Of a DNA stretch of 64,000 nucleotides, positions 32,547 to 44,982 are shown in pieces (positions within the stretch are counted from its first letter, which is position 1; the number at the start of each line of letters is the position of its first letter). A model generated the notes under the pieces. The model was not told the origin of the DNA. It saw only the letters and a program-made list of their open reading frames with translations, and ran no database searches. The translations under genes were made by a program, and so were the position numbers. The stretch comes from Klebsormidium nitens (Eukaryota > Plantae > Klebsormidiophyceae), in NCBI GenBank assembly GCA_000708835.1, contig DF236959.1, forward strand, positions 295,728-359,727, given 5' to 3'.

Positions 32547-35500
32547 CTAGCGATATCCTCCGGGCGCATAGTACGGTGGCGGCTGGCCATACGGCGGCTG
32601 CTGCTGAGGCGGGTTCTGCGGCGCCGGCTGTTGGTAACCATACCCCTGCCATTGCTGGTACCCGGGGGGGCCTTGTTGCGGTTGCGACTGATGTTGCTGC
32701 GCGCCGTACTCGTACCCCGACACCGGTTGGCCTTGAGTATAGTACGGATCGGCGTAGGGGGGGGGCGTCGAGTGCCCATACGACGGTGGCCCTGTCGGGG
32801 GCCCGTGGGAAGGGGGTCCGTGGTGCTGCGAAGGGGGGGGGTAGGACGGGGACGGACCATAGCCCGACGGCTGGGAGGGGGGGTAGGGGGACGGCTGCGA
32901 CTGCTGGTACGAAGGCTGCTGTCCCCCTCCAGGAGGGTGTTGCTCGTTTCGGGGGGGTGGTTGCATATGCTGCGGCTCGGGGCTGGGCTGCCGCCCCGGG
33001 CCTCCCCCTCCGAACAACGACTGTACAAACCCGAACGGCCCAGGTAGCTGCACCCCCGAGTGCTGCTGCGGCTGCGGGTGGGGGGGGGCGGTTGCTGGCG
33101 GCGCTCTCCTGGGGGGGGCCAGGCTGCGCGCCGTAGGGGGAGGGGTAGCCCCCCGGGCCGGCGGGCTTGTTCCCCCCCGAAATGGTCATGCTGGTCACCT
33201 GGCGCTGGAGGTCTTCCAGCATTTCGCTGAGCTGGATGTCGCGCGTCATGACGAAGTCGCCGCACTGCTGCTTGAGCGCGGTGATCGCGTCCTGGAGCGT
33301 GATGTAGAACTTGACGCCCTCGTTCATGTTCTCGCGCAGCTCGCGGTACTTGGCGGCCGCGCGGCTGATCTGGTCGACCACCTTGTCGCGCGCGCCTGCA
33401 GAGAGGAGCGTTCGAGTTATTACGTTCTAACGACGGAGAAGAAAACGACGAAAGCAGCTATACGTTTATCAGACGAAGGAAGGATAATATGCCGAAGCGG
33501 ACCCTCAAAAACGATTGGCTGGGAGGGAGAGAATGTGAGGAGATGAAGTCACGTCAAGCACCCGCTTTTGGGCGTCTGCGATCTGGTAGGAATGACTTTA
33601 CTGAGGAAGAAATTAACATTTCCGGTTGTGAGAATGTCATGCGTGCCCTTGAGAAGGGAAAAAGATTGGAGATGAGCATCGGGAAAACGGATCAAGTGCG
33701 GTCAGCAAATGCAGAAGAGCGGCCAAATTAAGGTCGTGGATGCCGTCTGAAAGGACTCCGCCTGAAGACTCCGCCTCACAAAACCTCGGTGACATGATAC
33801 TGCATTCTGTCGGCTTTGAAGAAAGGGCCGAACGATCAATGGGAGCTCCCAGGAACGCCTTTCTCAGCATTGCCATACACTGGAAGGGCCTAAAAGACGT
33901 GCAAACGTGTGCAACGCAAACCCAATTTAGAGCCTCTCTAGACAGGTTGGCAAAGCCTAGCAACAGATAACTGCACAGAATCAGCGAGGATTGACAATTG
34001 TGGTGTTTGCAGATGCTGACTATGGGGACCCGATTAGATAGGTCGTAAGTCAAGCAAAGATGCTAATTGTGGAAAACCTGATTGAGGAGGGTCACAGAAC
34101 AAGCCGCAGTAAGAAACACACCCCATGCAGCGAGGTAAAGCTTGTTGAAACAAGAGAAATACAAGGTATATCAAAGGGTCTCGATGCAGTGCTCGGTGAG
34201 AGCGACCGATCAAACTATGTCACGCATAGACGGAATGCCAATTCACTAAGTGGAAAGCTTAGAGATGGCCCGAGCCCTTCATCCAACTACTTAAGTTTTT
34301 ACTCGTACACGACTCCAGACAATTTTGACAACGTCGAGACAATCATTTCGGACGCAGCAACGTAATCGATGTGACTTGGTGCCTCCGAAGAGAGACTATG
34401 CTCGACCTTGGTATTGCATACGCTTTTTGGGCGCAATCCGTTTTTGCCACCACCGAACAACTCAAGGGAATCCAAGAGAAATGCGAAGAACCGAAGGGCT
34501 AACGATGAAGATATGGAAGGAGCTCAAGGGCACGAATCAAACGGCAGCTCAGAATTTACTTATTGTTCCAACTGAAAGAGCGGATCCACTTAGAGCATGG
34601 GCTCTGCTGCATTGCACACTCCAAAGGATTGGAAGGAAAGCTCCCAGACGTGCAATTCGTTATCGCCCTAGACAATCGCTGCACCAACAGTCGCAGCTGG
34701 TGCAGGAGTCAATCTCGACAATAAGGAAGTCCTGCCAAACTTAAGGAGCTCAAAAGTTCTCGAGCGTTGCTATCATGAAATCAGGACTTCAGCGGGATTA
34801 GAGGACAGCCTAGGTTTGATGGCCGCTGAAGTCCCGCCCGGAAGCTGGCTCGGTCAGTCATTATAGTGTCAAATCAGAAAAAGGCGCAATCGCTTGCAAG
34901 ATGCCGAACCCAGAAAGGGTCGTCCCTCAAACTACCACTCATCTTCAGGAGGAAGTTGGAGCGACAGGCTCCAAAGGTAGGCACTGCTCTGAAAGGGTCA
35001 GCTTTATCGGCGCAGTCCATCTTTGCCTAAGTCCTTATCTTTCAAAATCTAAGACAAGTGGGAATGAACTATCACGGGTTGGAAAGTACGACCACAATGT
35101 CGACAAGCTCAAACCACGGAGGACGAGCGCGGCGGAAGCATCGGACTTACCTCGATACTCTGCCAGCTGGAAAGCTTGCACGAAGAGGTCGTTCTGGTCC
35201 TGCAAGTCGCAAAAAACAGCTCCTTCAGGTGGTTTGCAACAGCAAAAAATTGGCTAGAAAGCCTTTGTCAATAGGACGGATCGCCCAATCAAGTCCTGTG
35301 AAGCAAGTGCACCAAACCAGCGATGAGAAGACAAAACTCTCCCCTACTATTTGCAACTTATAAAGTCAACCCGTGTGAAGACGGGAGGTCACTCCTGGCC
35401 GACGGCAGAGCATTTGGCGTGTCCCCACAAATTGGTTGTGGCCCTGGCACTGCAATCTTTTGCTGCCGCCTCCAGCATTCTCAACTCCATCTTACATGAG

Positions 35501-38500
35501 TCCGTGACTTCGCTTAGCTTGCCTTCTTTTCAACAGACTCGACACTTTCTCGTAAACGAGACAAGAAAAGAGGTGCAGGCCCAGCCCAATCAAATAAGCA
35601 GCAGAAGATTCTGAATCCAGTAACATAAAGAGGTGAAGGCGCTGCGGCGCACCTTGATGAGCTTGAGCAGCTCCTCCTGGCGCGCCACGTTGCTCTGCAC
35701 GTCCGCCGTGATGGCGTCATACTTTGCCAGCTCCTTCTTGAACAGCTCCTCGTACGACCCCGAGTATGTCATCAACCGCGGCAGAATGTTGTCCTGCAGA
35801 ACGAAAGGGAGGAACCGGGTCAAAAGAAAGTCGCTAGTCACATCAGGTTCCTGCACAAAAGCTTGGACCAGAGATGCAAAACCCTAACATTGATTCCTTA
35901 GCTGATTCAAGATCCGGGTTGAACGGCTCAACTTTACGACAAATCTCTAAAGCACTCGAAGCATTTTCTAAGCGCAGGTACCAGTCAGGTCTGAGGCCAA
36001 CGCCCGCCCGATGTCTCCGGACGAGACTACTGGATTCACACGGCTCAGCTTTACACTCAAATTTATTTTCCACGACCTACCTTCTGCTTCATGCTCTTGA
36101 GTGCATCCTCGAGCCCAGCTCTTTGCGAGCCAACCTTCTCGAGCTCGTTCTGCAGGCAGAGCGCGTACCGAGACGCATAAGTATCGGGCGGAAGCATCAG
36201 AAGGTGCATCCAAGGCTCATAAGGGCGAAGAATTCAAGGCAAAGTAAAAGTACAAAGCAGCGAGCCGGTTCGGCAACTTTTCAAGAGCACGACCTAATTT
36301 GTACCAACAAACGAGGATAAGATCTGGCATCGATATAGAAGACAGGCCGGTCCCGCAGATGCAAGAGCGTTTACACTCCGTCTTCTGCATGGAGATCCTT
36401 CCATCCATTCACGTATGCGCATGAAGCACCCAGATGCAAAACAGCGGTTGTATGGGGGCGCAAAGTAGGTCAAAAGCGCAGTGACTAAGTCTTACCAGTA
36501 GCTGACGCAGCCCATGAGCGACCTGGTCTTCGTTTCCGTGTACGGATACAATCGGCTTAGCAAGAGGGGGGATGGCCGCTTCAATCTGCAAACATGAAGA
36601 CGCCCAAAAGCTGGTCAGCTTGCTGCGAGCGTAATGCTGCATTGCAGCGGCTCTAATTCAAGTGACAAAGTGCACCCCTTCGGACCATCTGAGCCTAAAC
36701 AGAAAGCTCACGGACAAGGAGGATACTGTAGGTGAACGAAGGATCTGTCCAACATCGAGGATCGTAAGGCTGCGAGTTCCAGTGTGATTTATGTACGCAT
36801 AATTTTCTTGAAACATGTTCTTGCATACAAAAAACGAGAATCTTTAAGGACACCCAAACCGAAGGCTACCAAAACCGCACAGAAAGTACAGGAATCCACC
36901 CCTCCAAAGGGAGGCAAAGAACATTGCACAACCATTTACGAACCAAAGCCGAGAAGGGGAAACGATCTTTACCGGCTGGACTTTGAGAATGGACAGTAGC
37001 GGCTCCAGGTCTTTGATGGTCTTTTCGATCCGTGCATCGCTCTCACCAGCCTGTAGCAAAAACGATTGAAGTTAGGCCAAATGACTTGACTAATCTTCGG
37101 ACAGGACGCCGACTGCTCGTACATAAAGAAAACATTGATTTTGAACCAGAGTTCCGGTACGGATACCAGCACATAGGAAGCCATTTGCAAAGGGACTACG
37201 AGCAAAGGCGAAATCGTGAAGAAATGGAAGTAGGACGTCGTGCTCGGGGCCAGGTTCGAGTGACGACGAGAAAGTGAATTTGTTTGCTCGTACCTGCTTC
37301 AAGTTTGACGCAAAGCCGTTGGCGCGGTCCTTTAGGTTCTTGGTCAGCGAGCTCGACTGCGGCCTGCAGAGTAAAATGGACACCGTTCAGATCCTCGTAA
37401 AATACAGGTGTTCAGAGGTGTTTGAAGCTGCCTACGACACTCGTCACACGTCTGCAGCTGAACTCCGTAGAGCGCTGCCTACTGCATCCTTAAAGCTCGG
37501 CTCATGCACAATCTCGCAAAATTTCAAGAACAAAAGCAAGAAGAGGTCACTGGCAGTGCTTCGTTATCCATCTGCACAACGGAAAACAAGACGGCGAATC
37601 ACCGGAGGCAGGATGGAGGCCTATGATTCCAAAGTTTTGATGAAGGAGATCAGCGCAGTATGGTCTCAGATGACCCCGAAAACTTATTGAAAGAAGGGGC
37701 GCGTACCTGGTCCACCTCGTCCCGAACTGGGCCCGCACTTGCCCGTCGTCCCGCTCCTCTTTTTCCAAGAGGCCCTCCGTCTCCGCTAGCAACCGCTCTG
37801 CACGGATCCCAAAACAATATAGGGATATATAGGGATATAAAGTGAGCGTTATTATAAAGTGAGCGATATATAAGGTCACCAGCGCCTCTGGTATCGTAAA
37901 GTGAGCAAAACGACTTTTGATCAATGCTGAGCCCCATGCAGGACTCCCTAAACGTTCTGCGCTTAGGCGATCAATGCGTATGGTCAGACAACATACTCTT
38001 AACCAAAAAGTCGATGCCCCAAGGTTACAACGGAAGTTGACTGGAACTTATGGACCCCGAAGCAAAAGCCCGCTCCACAAATTCTTCAAAATCAGAAGTC
38101 TTGCAGCCTCCAGTGACACCCAAGCTTCAAAATTTTGGCTACGCATCCAGATTGCAATAACGTTCGCAACTGATTACTTCCACCCTTTGAGCGACCGCCC
38201 TGAGCAGGAACCAAAGGTGCAAACCTCCAGGTAGTCCCTTCGCCATATCCTCAAGACCCGTTCGGTGTGGACTGCTGTAACCGAATCAAGATGACCCACT
38301 ACCGTAGGAGACTGAGGAGACTGAGAGTTTCCCTCCTCACCATTCTCCTTTCGGAGCTCCCGCAGGTGCTGCAGCTCTTGCTCGAGCGCAGCGGTGGCCC
38401 CCTCCACTTGGACCGCCTCCACGTCATCCCGCAGCTGCTCGGGAAGCTGGATGTTGCCATCCAGCGCCAGCAGAACGTCCGGAAGGTCCTGCAGCAAAGT

Positions 38501-41500
38501 TTGGACGTCCGAATGAGTTCCCCCTTCGAGTTTGTACGATACGGAAATTCCCAGTAACCCTTGCCAATTAGTAGCATTTTCTGATTGTGTAGTGCTTGCT
38601 TTTGTCCGATATGCGTTTGATGTAACGTTGATTCCGTTTATCCAGGGGCGAAGCATTCAAAAGCAGGCTACCAGAAGCATCGTCAGCCGTCGCATCTCGA
38701 CCTTGACTTGACTCCACGAATTTAAGAGACAATGTTTTTCCGATGCGTACTGTGCTTCAGGGGCCAAGACAAACGAGTGCCGACAGCATTCACAACCCTT
38801 CTAAAGTCAAGAAGCAACGAAAAAACTGCCCTTCTTACCATCTCCTTGAGGCGCACCCTGGTGACATCGCTCTCCTGCTGTAGCTTGTTGTTGTGCGTCC
38901 GGATGATGTCATCCACCATTTCGGTGTATCTGGAGAGGGCCTTGGCGCTGCTGTCCGGGACGAGGCCCGTGAACATCTTCTCCTTGTTCGGGTCCAGCGC
39001 GTCGTCCAGGTTCATTGACTTGACCTGCGGGTTAGTACTTTGGATTTCAGAATCTCGTCATTGACGAGGAGACAACAAGATCTCGGGATTTCAAGGTTTG
39101 ACACTAACGTTTCCAAAAGGCATCTTTCACAATCCAGTACACCGTTCAACTTGAATGGCTCAGTCTTCTGTGAAAGAGGGGGTCGATAAGTCGATCATAA
39201 ATTGCTTGAACAGCCTCCAGTATTTCCTTTGTCGTCTTCCCCAGGTTCGTCAAAAACCGAAGCCCAAACGTGCAACGTTGAGGTGCTTGGAGGGCCCGCT
39301 GCTTTTATAACCAGTAAGGACCAGGAAGGACTCTTATACCCTTGTGGAGGTGTTCTGGTAAAACCAGGCAATTCGACATCCTTCAAAGCCTCGTTGAGGT
39401 TTGCTGTGCTCGTACCACATGCTTTTACGTCGAACAAATGTTCTCTAAGGAGAATCCATGACAACGAAGACTATTCCATCTCAGAGCTCGACTTCGTTCC
39501 AGCCACTGTTGTTGAGTTTCCTGCTGATCCAACAAAGGGCTCAAGTCGGTGCCAGCATATGCATTCACATCTTGCTGCAAGAGACGAGCTCACCAATGGG
39601 GTTGCTTGAATAGCAGGCAGGCTGTCGTTGTGTGGGACCCGCATCAGGTACACCCGGTCGTTCTCCCTGCAGACGAATAATGTCAGAATGACTTCGGTCA
39701 TTTTACCTTGCTCGACTCGCGAATTGTTCGAAACTCGACCATCTCCAAAAACCTTCCAGACAATCCGTACCAATAACTCTTCGTATCCTCCTCCTTGAAT
39801 AGCAAGAGACAGCTTCTTCTTGATGATTGCTGCGCCGTTCGAGCTTCACTGAAAGAGAGAACCGATCAAAGACAATGCCTAACGGTTTTTCCTACCGCTG
39901 CTATCGAGCTTACCGAAAGCCGATCGTCAAGAGTGCAATCAAACGACATGATCTACGACTAGGAGTTTGGAGGGACGTCTTACTTGTTTGCCCGCTCCAG
40001 GTTGCGCGTAACATTCAACTCAAGCTTCGTCACAGCGTCCATGAGCGGCCCAGTTACGCCCTTGCTTTGCTGCAACACGGTAGTAGGCAGAGCAATCTTA
40101 CTTCACGAGCAATTCGATGCACATACTCGTCAGCTACGTGGATCCTTTTTGATGACGATATCAAGTCAACCAGCCCACAGCGCAATCGTCGATATTGACA
40201 AGATTCCACCGACAAGGTTGCTTAAGTCTGTCAATATTAACGACTCTATTCGGCTGACATCAATGAAGGAGAACACCCACCTTCTTCGCATCTGCCAGGA
40301 TGGTGGTAGCCGCTTTCAACCGCGCTATCTCCTTGTCAATCTCTGCACACCAGATTCACATCCGTCGGGTAGATTCCAGCGTGCTTGTGCAAACCGCCTT
40401 ACTCAGGCAACCAGTAACGATTTGATCGGCGCCTTACCAGCAAATATGCTTGCGAATGACCCTCCTTCCCAACCTTCCGCAATTTACTTCTCAAGAGCTT
40501 CGCAGACAGTAATCCAGGGGTGAAGCACGCACGAAACCCCAAAAGTAAAAAATGCAGGCCACTGACAAGCCAGATGGTCGTATGGTCGTTCGGCCTTCTG
40601 ATGTGTACGAACAATGCATTCAAAAAGCACGAACGAAAAAGAAAAAAGACAACGACACCGTGAGGCCTCGGAAGTGGGCCCTATATGAGAAAAACAGCGC
40701 ACCTTCTGCAGCGTGCAGATCCAACGACACCCGGTACAGGGCCTCTCCGTGGAACTGAGCAGCCTTCAGCTGGACATGGGAAACCCAGGACTGCAGCAAA
40801 GAAGTCGCTCGTTTCTTTGAGCGCATGTTGCAGTCATGGGTTATGAAGTTTCATCAGGATTTTGGTAGAGACCCCTTTGTCGAAGCAGAGATGCTGTCCC
40901 GGATTTCCTGATCAACAGTGAAACATGAGCACAAGACTGCAATAGGCAGCTTTCCACGACGATCGTCAGTGAGCGCGATGCTGCTGCCAGATCAAAGATG
41001 GCCGTTTGCCCCCCCGACAGCGATGGGACTTCCATCAAGCATTGACCTCATCTTGAGTAGCTTGCTGTTCATTTACAAACCCAATGATAAACGCCGACTC
41101 TCTTGAGCGGGGGAACATTGCGTCTGTATCTTGCCTAACCGAATGGGATTGGAATTAGTTGCCAAGCTTGCAAATGGTAGCTTGCCCAAGCCCCCCGTTC
41201 CAGACTCTGAACTTGGGAAAACGGCTGTTACGAACCTTGTCGAAGTGCTGATTCAGAGGGGGAAGCACCAGTGCAGCATATGCCTCCTCATAGAACAGGC
41301 CAACTTGCTTGGCAATCCTGGCGCAAAGGGTGGACGACTTGTTCTCTGCTGTGACCTTCTCAAAGAAGCACTCCTGGGCCTGCACGAGCAAGGTTGGCAG
41401 AAAGGACGACATTCAGACTCGGCAAGATTGCTCCCGGCCGATCGATGGCCAGCATCGACACATTGCATATCGTCCGGGGGAATGTCCAAAACAGAAAGGT

Positions 41501-43775
41501 AAGCCAGCACACTCAGGACGCTTTCCATTTCTAATTTGGAAGCGAGGTATTGGAATGAACACCTTGCCCTGTTTGGAGTTTACTTTCGGCCACAGGCTTG
41601 AGAGAGACTACTCAGGGCAGATTCTATAGCGAACGGAAAAGGAAAACTCATCACTCCGACATGTTCAAAACCCCTCACCTGCGCCAACATGAGGCGTTCA
41701 AGCATGCCCGCGCACTCGATGGAGATATCCGGAGTTGCCAGGTCAGGGTTGGCCTTCATCGCAACATTGTCCCGCAGGTATGCATACGCACCGGCGGCAG
41801 CCTGCGGTGTCAACAAACACAGGGTGAATGATAGACCCGCTTGTCTGACACATTCTTTCTGTTATGTGTAGCTGCCCCAGCCAGTAACAGTGAACGACCA
41901 ATCTCTTCATGTGGGCCCGCCAAATTGATGTATGATAGAGAGGCACTTCCAAGCAGGTGCATGTGCCAGCACGAAAAGTGGTTGGTCTGAATTGATGAAG
42001 ATAAAGTGCACTTTTCGAATCTGTAGCACGTTAAGGCATGAGCCTAGGGGCAGTAGAGTCAGCCAGTGCCCTGAACTTAGAAACCCTGCAGGCAAACAAG
42101 GTCAGCTGTTCCCAAGAGTCTGGAGGAAAAGATGCGCAAGCCAGCTTACCTGGAAGCAGTTGCATGCTTGCTTGAGGCCGTTTGCTGTCGACCGCTCTGC
42201 ATTCAGCCCCAGCTGACTCTGCACTGCCCCAAGATTGAACATGATGGCCGCTTTCTCAAAATGAATGTTCTGTTGAGACGCCTTTCTGGCATTCTTGAAC
42301 GCATCCCACCATGTGAAAGTGACGGTGTTGACGTGCTCCCGCTCTGTGCTGATTGGGAAGCGTGACTCCATGACAGTAAGCGCCCGGAAGTATCTGGAAT
42401 ACATGGAGGAGACAGTGAATACGGAATATTGCATTCAAGATACGTGGCAAAAGTGCTACCCATTACTGGATTTGGGGATCAGCACAGGGAAGACAATGTT
42501 TGGAGTGTTATAGCTGACGAATGCGATGAAGCAGGAAGAATACTATGTCAAAATTTGGTGCCCTTGGTCGGGAACACCCTTGACAGAACATCGGCTCTCC
42601 GTATACAATCTTTTCGACAAAGGGGGGGAGCTGTACACCCTGTAGATAAGTGTCCCTATACATAAGCTTTAGATCATTCTTTTGCAAGCTGCACGAATTA
42701 CAATTAGGGTTCGCAGAAGGTAGGGGAGTCCACTTGATATACCATCATGTTTTTGTTTATTGAGGAAGCCTTTCGGCGAGCATCTTCCCACCATAGCTAT
42801 AATTGTAGCATTTTTTGTCGCATTAAACTTGGATCGACGACTTTTTTTCTCAGAGCAGTGCAGGAACAATCTGCCTCCAGTCTCAAGCGCATGAACAAGC
42901 TGCTGATGCAATCTCTCAAAACTGCTTTTAAGGTTGAAACTACGATCCACCATCCATCAAAGCTGAACAGAAACTTTGGAGTTTGTTTATATACTTTAGA
43001 ACTTAAAACGACCACGTAACTGTACTTTAACTGCACTCAGAATGCAGACATGAACTGCGATCAAATTTGATCAGATGTCAAAACTCACTTCTTCTAATCA
43101 TCGGAAAAAGCACACCTAATGCAGCAGATAATTGTGATGCGAAAGTGCCCACGATTGCAAAAGAGGCAAAGCCAATATAGCTAGCGGAAGATAGTGTACA
43201 TGACACTATAGCAAGCATAATGACTGCGAGGGAAGTCTTCCTCAGTGCTCTGCATGCAACTTTGGGTCCATAGTCCCCCAATTCAGTCACTCCCCCAGTA
43301 AATCATGCTTCTGAGCTTGAGCTAACACTTTGGCCAATGATCTACTTCATTTCTCCAACACAACCGGCTCGTCTCACAGCAGAATGAGCGAATCAATTGA
43401 AACACATATGCCCTTTGAAGCACCGTACATAAGCAATGACAGCTCCACCTTACAGACACGCAATTGCAACTTCATTGGTGCATGCGCATCTTAAATAGAC
43501 TCCCGAGAAACCTAATCTCCTGAAAGTACAAACAGCTTTACAAAGAAAACTTACTTTTGCAGGAGGTCCCGCCTTGCTTCCAGGGCATCCTGCGCCGCCA
43601 CAACCTGCAGCCGCATCTCCTGGACCGCCCGCAAGTCGTCCTCAGCATCCTGCGCCTCCCTCTCCGAATAGTGATGCACGATGTAATTCCGGAGCGGCTT
43701 GTAAAGGTCAAATGCCTGGGTCTTCTTGCCGTGGATGGCGAGCATCACGTTGATGCTGACCGACGAGGCCGCCAT
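32547..43775 (-). CDS. ALIX: ALIX/BRO1 ESCRT-associated protein (BRO1 domain, V domain, proline-rich tail), 18 exons
   Basis: Exons 43775-43555, 42393-42150, 41801-41679, 41379-41236, 40790-40703, 40342-40281, 40069-39984, 39666-39594, 39024-38839, 38488-38341, 37797-37707, 37363-37294, 37050-36973, 36585-36496, 36149-36081, 35793-35653, 35199-35151, 33395-32547, all phase-consistent. Hallmarks: FTWWDAF, FEKAAIMFNLGA, ENDRVYLMRVP, QFGTRWTRPQS, EGVKFYITLQDAI. The last exon needs one frameshift in a G run. Confidence 0.95.
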
Positions 43776-43891
43776 GGCTGCTGCGTCTGAGAACTTCCAG
43801 GGCACCCCTTGACTCTGACTCCGGTGAGAAAGTTGAAGGCAATTCATGCAACTTCAAGTTGAAGCAGGAAAGGCTCTCTTCTCGTGCAGTG

Positions 43892-43973
43892 TTTTAGGGT
43901 TCTAGAGTTTTAGGTTAAAAAGCCCTCAAACCCTAACGCCCCAATCAACCGGGACGTCTCTTCAAACCCTAAA
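43892..43973. promoter_or_regulatory. Telo-box-like motifs upstream of ALIX in the divergent ALIX/PLAC8 intergenic region
   Basis: TTTTAGGG 43892-43899, AAACCCTAA 43928-43936, AAACCCTAAA 43964-43973; a TGACGTCA palindrome lies at 44064-44071. Confidence 0.45.
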
Positions 43974-44982
43974 CAGCTCTGATCGAGGTTCGCGCGGTTT
44001 CCCGAGGACACCCACTCAGATTCTGCCAGCTGGCCCTGGCAATTTGAACTGATGTCAGAGATCTGACGTCAGTGTGCTGGCCATGGCATTGGCATGGCTA
44101 CCTTTCTTTGTAAATCCTAGGTAGGTACTGTAGGGGGCGCAGCATTGCAGGAAGAAGGTCTTTTGCCCGCCTTCTGTTGCTACAGTGAAGCAGGACAACA
44201 GGAAGTATCGCGTGCCTGGTGCCTCAGGACTGACGCAGTTCCAAGAGCAACCTGGTCTCCTTTTGCTTTCTTCCTCACTTTCTGCTTTTGCTGCTTCTTC
44301 TCAACTGTCGAAAAGCAGTTTGACGCCGCCTTTGGCGGTCAGAAGACCTTTACGGCATATAAAGTAAGGAGAAAGAAATCTGGTTGTGTTCAACGAAGTC
44401 TGTAGTTGGCAGCATTTGAGTTGAATAGACAAGAACCACGGGAGGACAAGCGTTGGTGTTGGTCTCGCTGTCTAGTATTCCATCAGGTGAGCTTTGTTTG
44501 TCCTTCAATAACCTAACGGAATCATTGGGACGCCACAATGCTGTCAGTAGGAAGTGCGGGGCTGTGGACTGTCTATCTCTTTTGAGAGCCATCTGAGCTA
44601 GCAGAATGTTGGGTGCATATTACATTTCAAGACTTACATAAGCTTTGCGTCAAGTAGTCCTGAAGATGAAGATGGCATGCTTCGCAGATTTGAAAGTCTG
44701 CGTATGTTTTCCGCTTCCAGGTACAAAGTGTTTCGATAAAGAGAAGTTGTTCTTGCACAGTTCAACAATTGCATTTAGCAGATAAGTTGCTTGGTGGTAC
44801 TCTCAGATTTGCAGCCAACCACTTCTCCCACCACACACACTTCAAAGATTTGCAAAGCCAATACTTCTCGGATTTGCAGTTGTGTCTTTTGATGATAAAG
44901 AGTAGATATTTGTTTGCTTTTACACCGCAAGTGTTCCATGGTCACGAGAAAGCTGTTCTTGTTCTGACAGGTTGTTCACACC

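Noticed and set aside
32423-33381. Several long overlapping ORFs on both strands (237, 194, 245 aa and the 3' part of the 279 aa ORF)
   Set aside because: Stop-poor shadows of the GC-rich ALIX proline-rich exon; no independent motifs.
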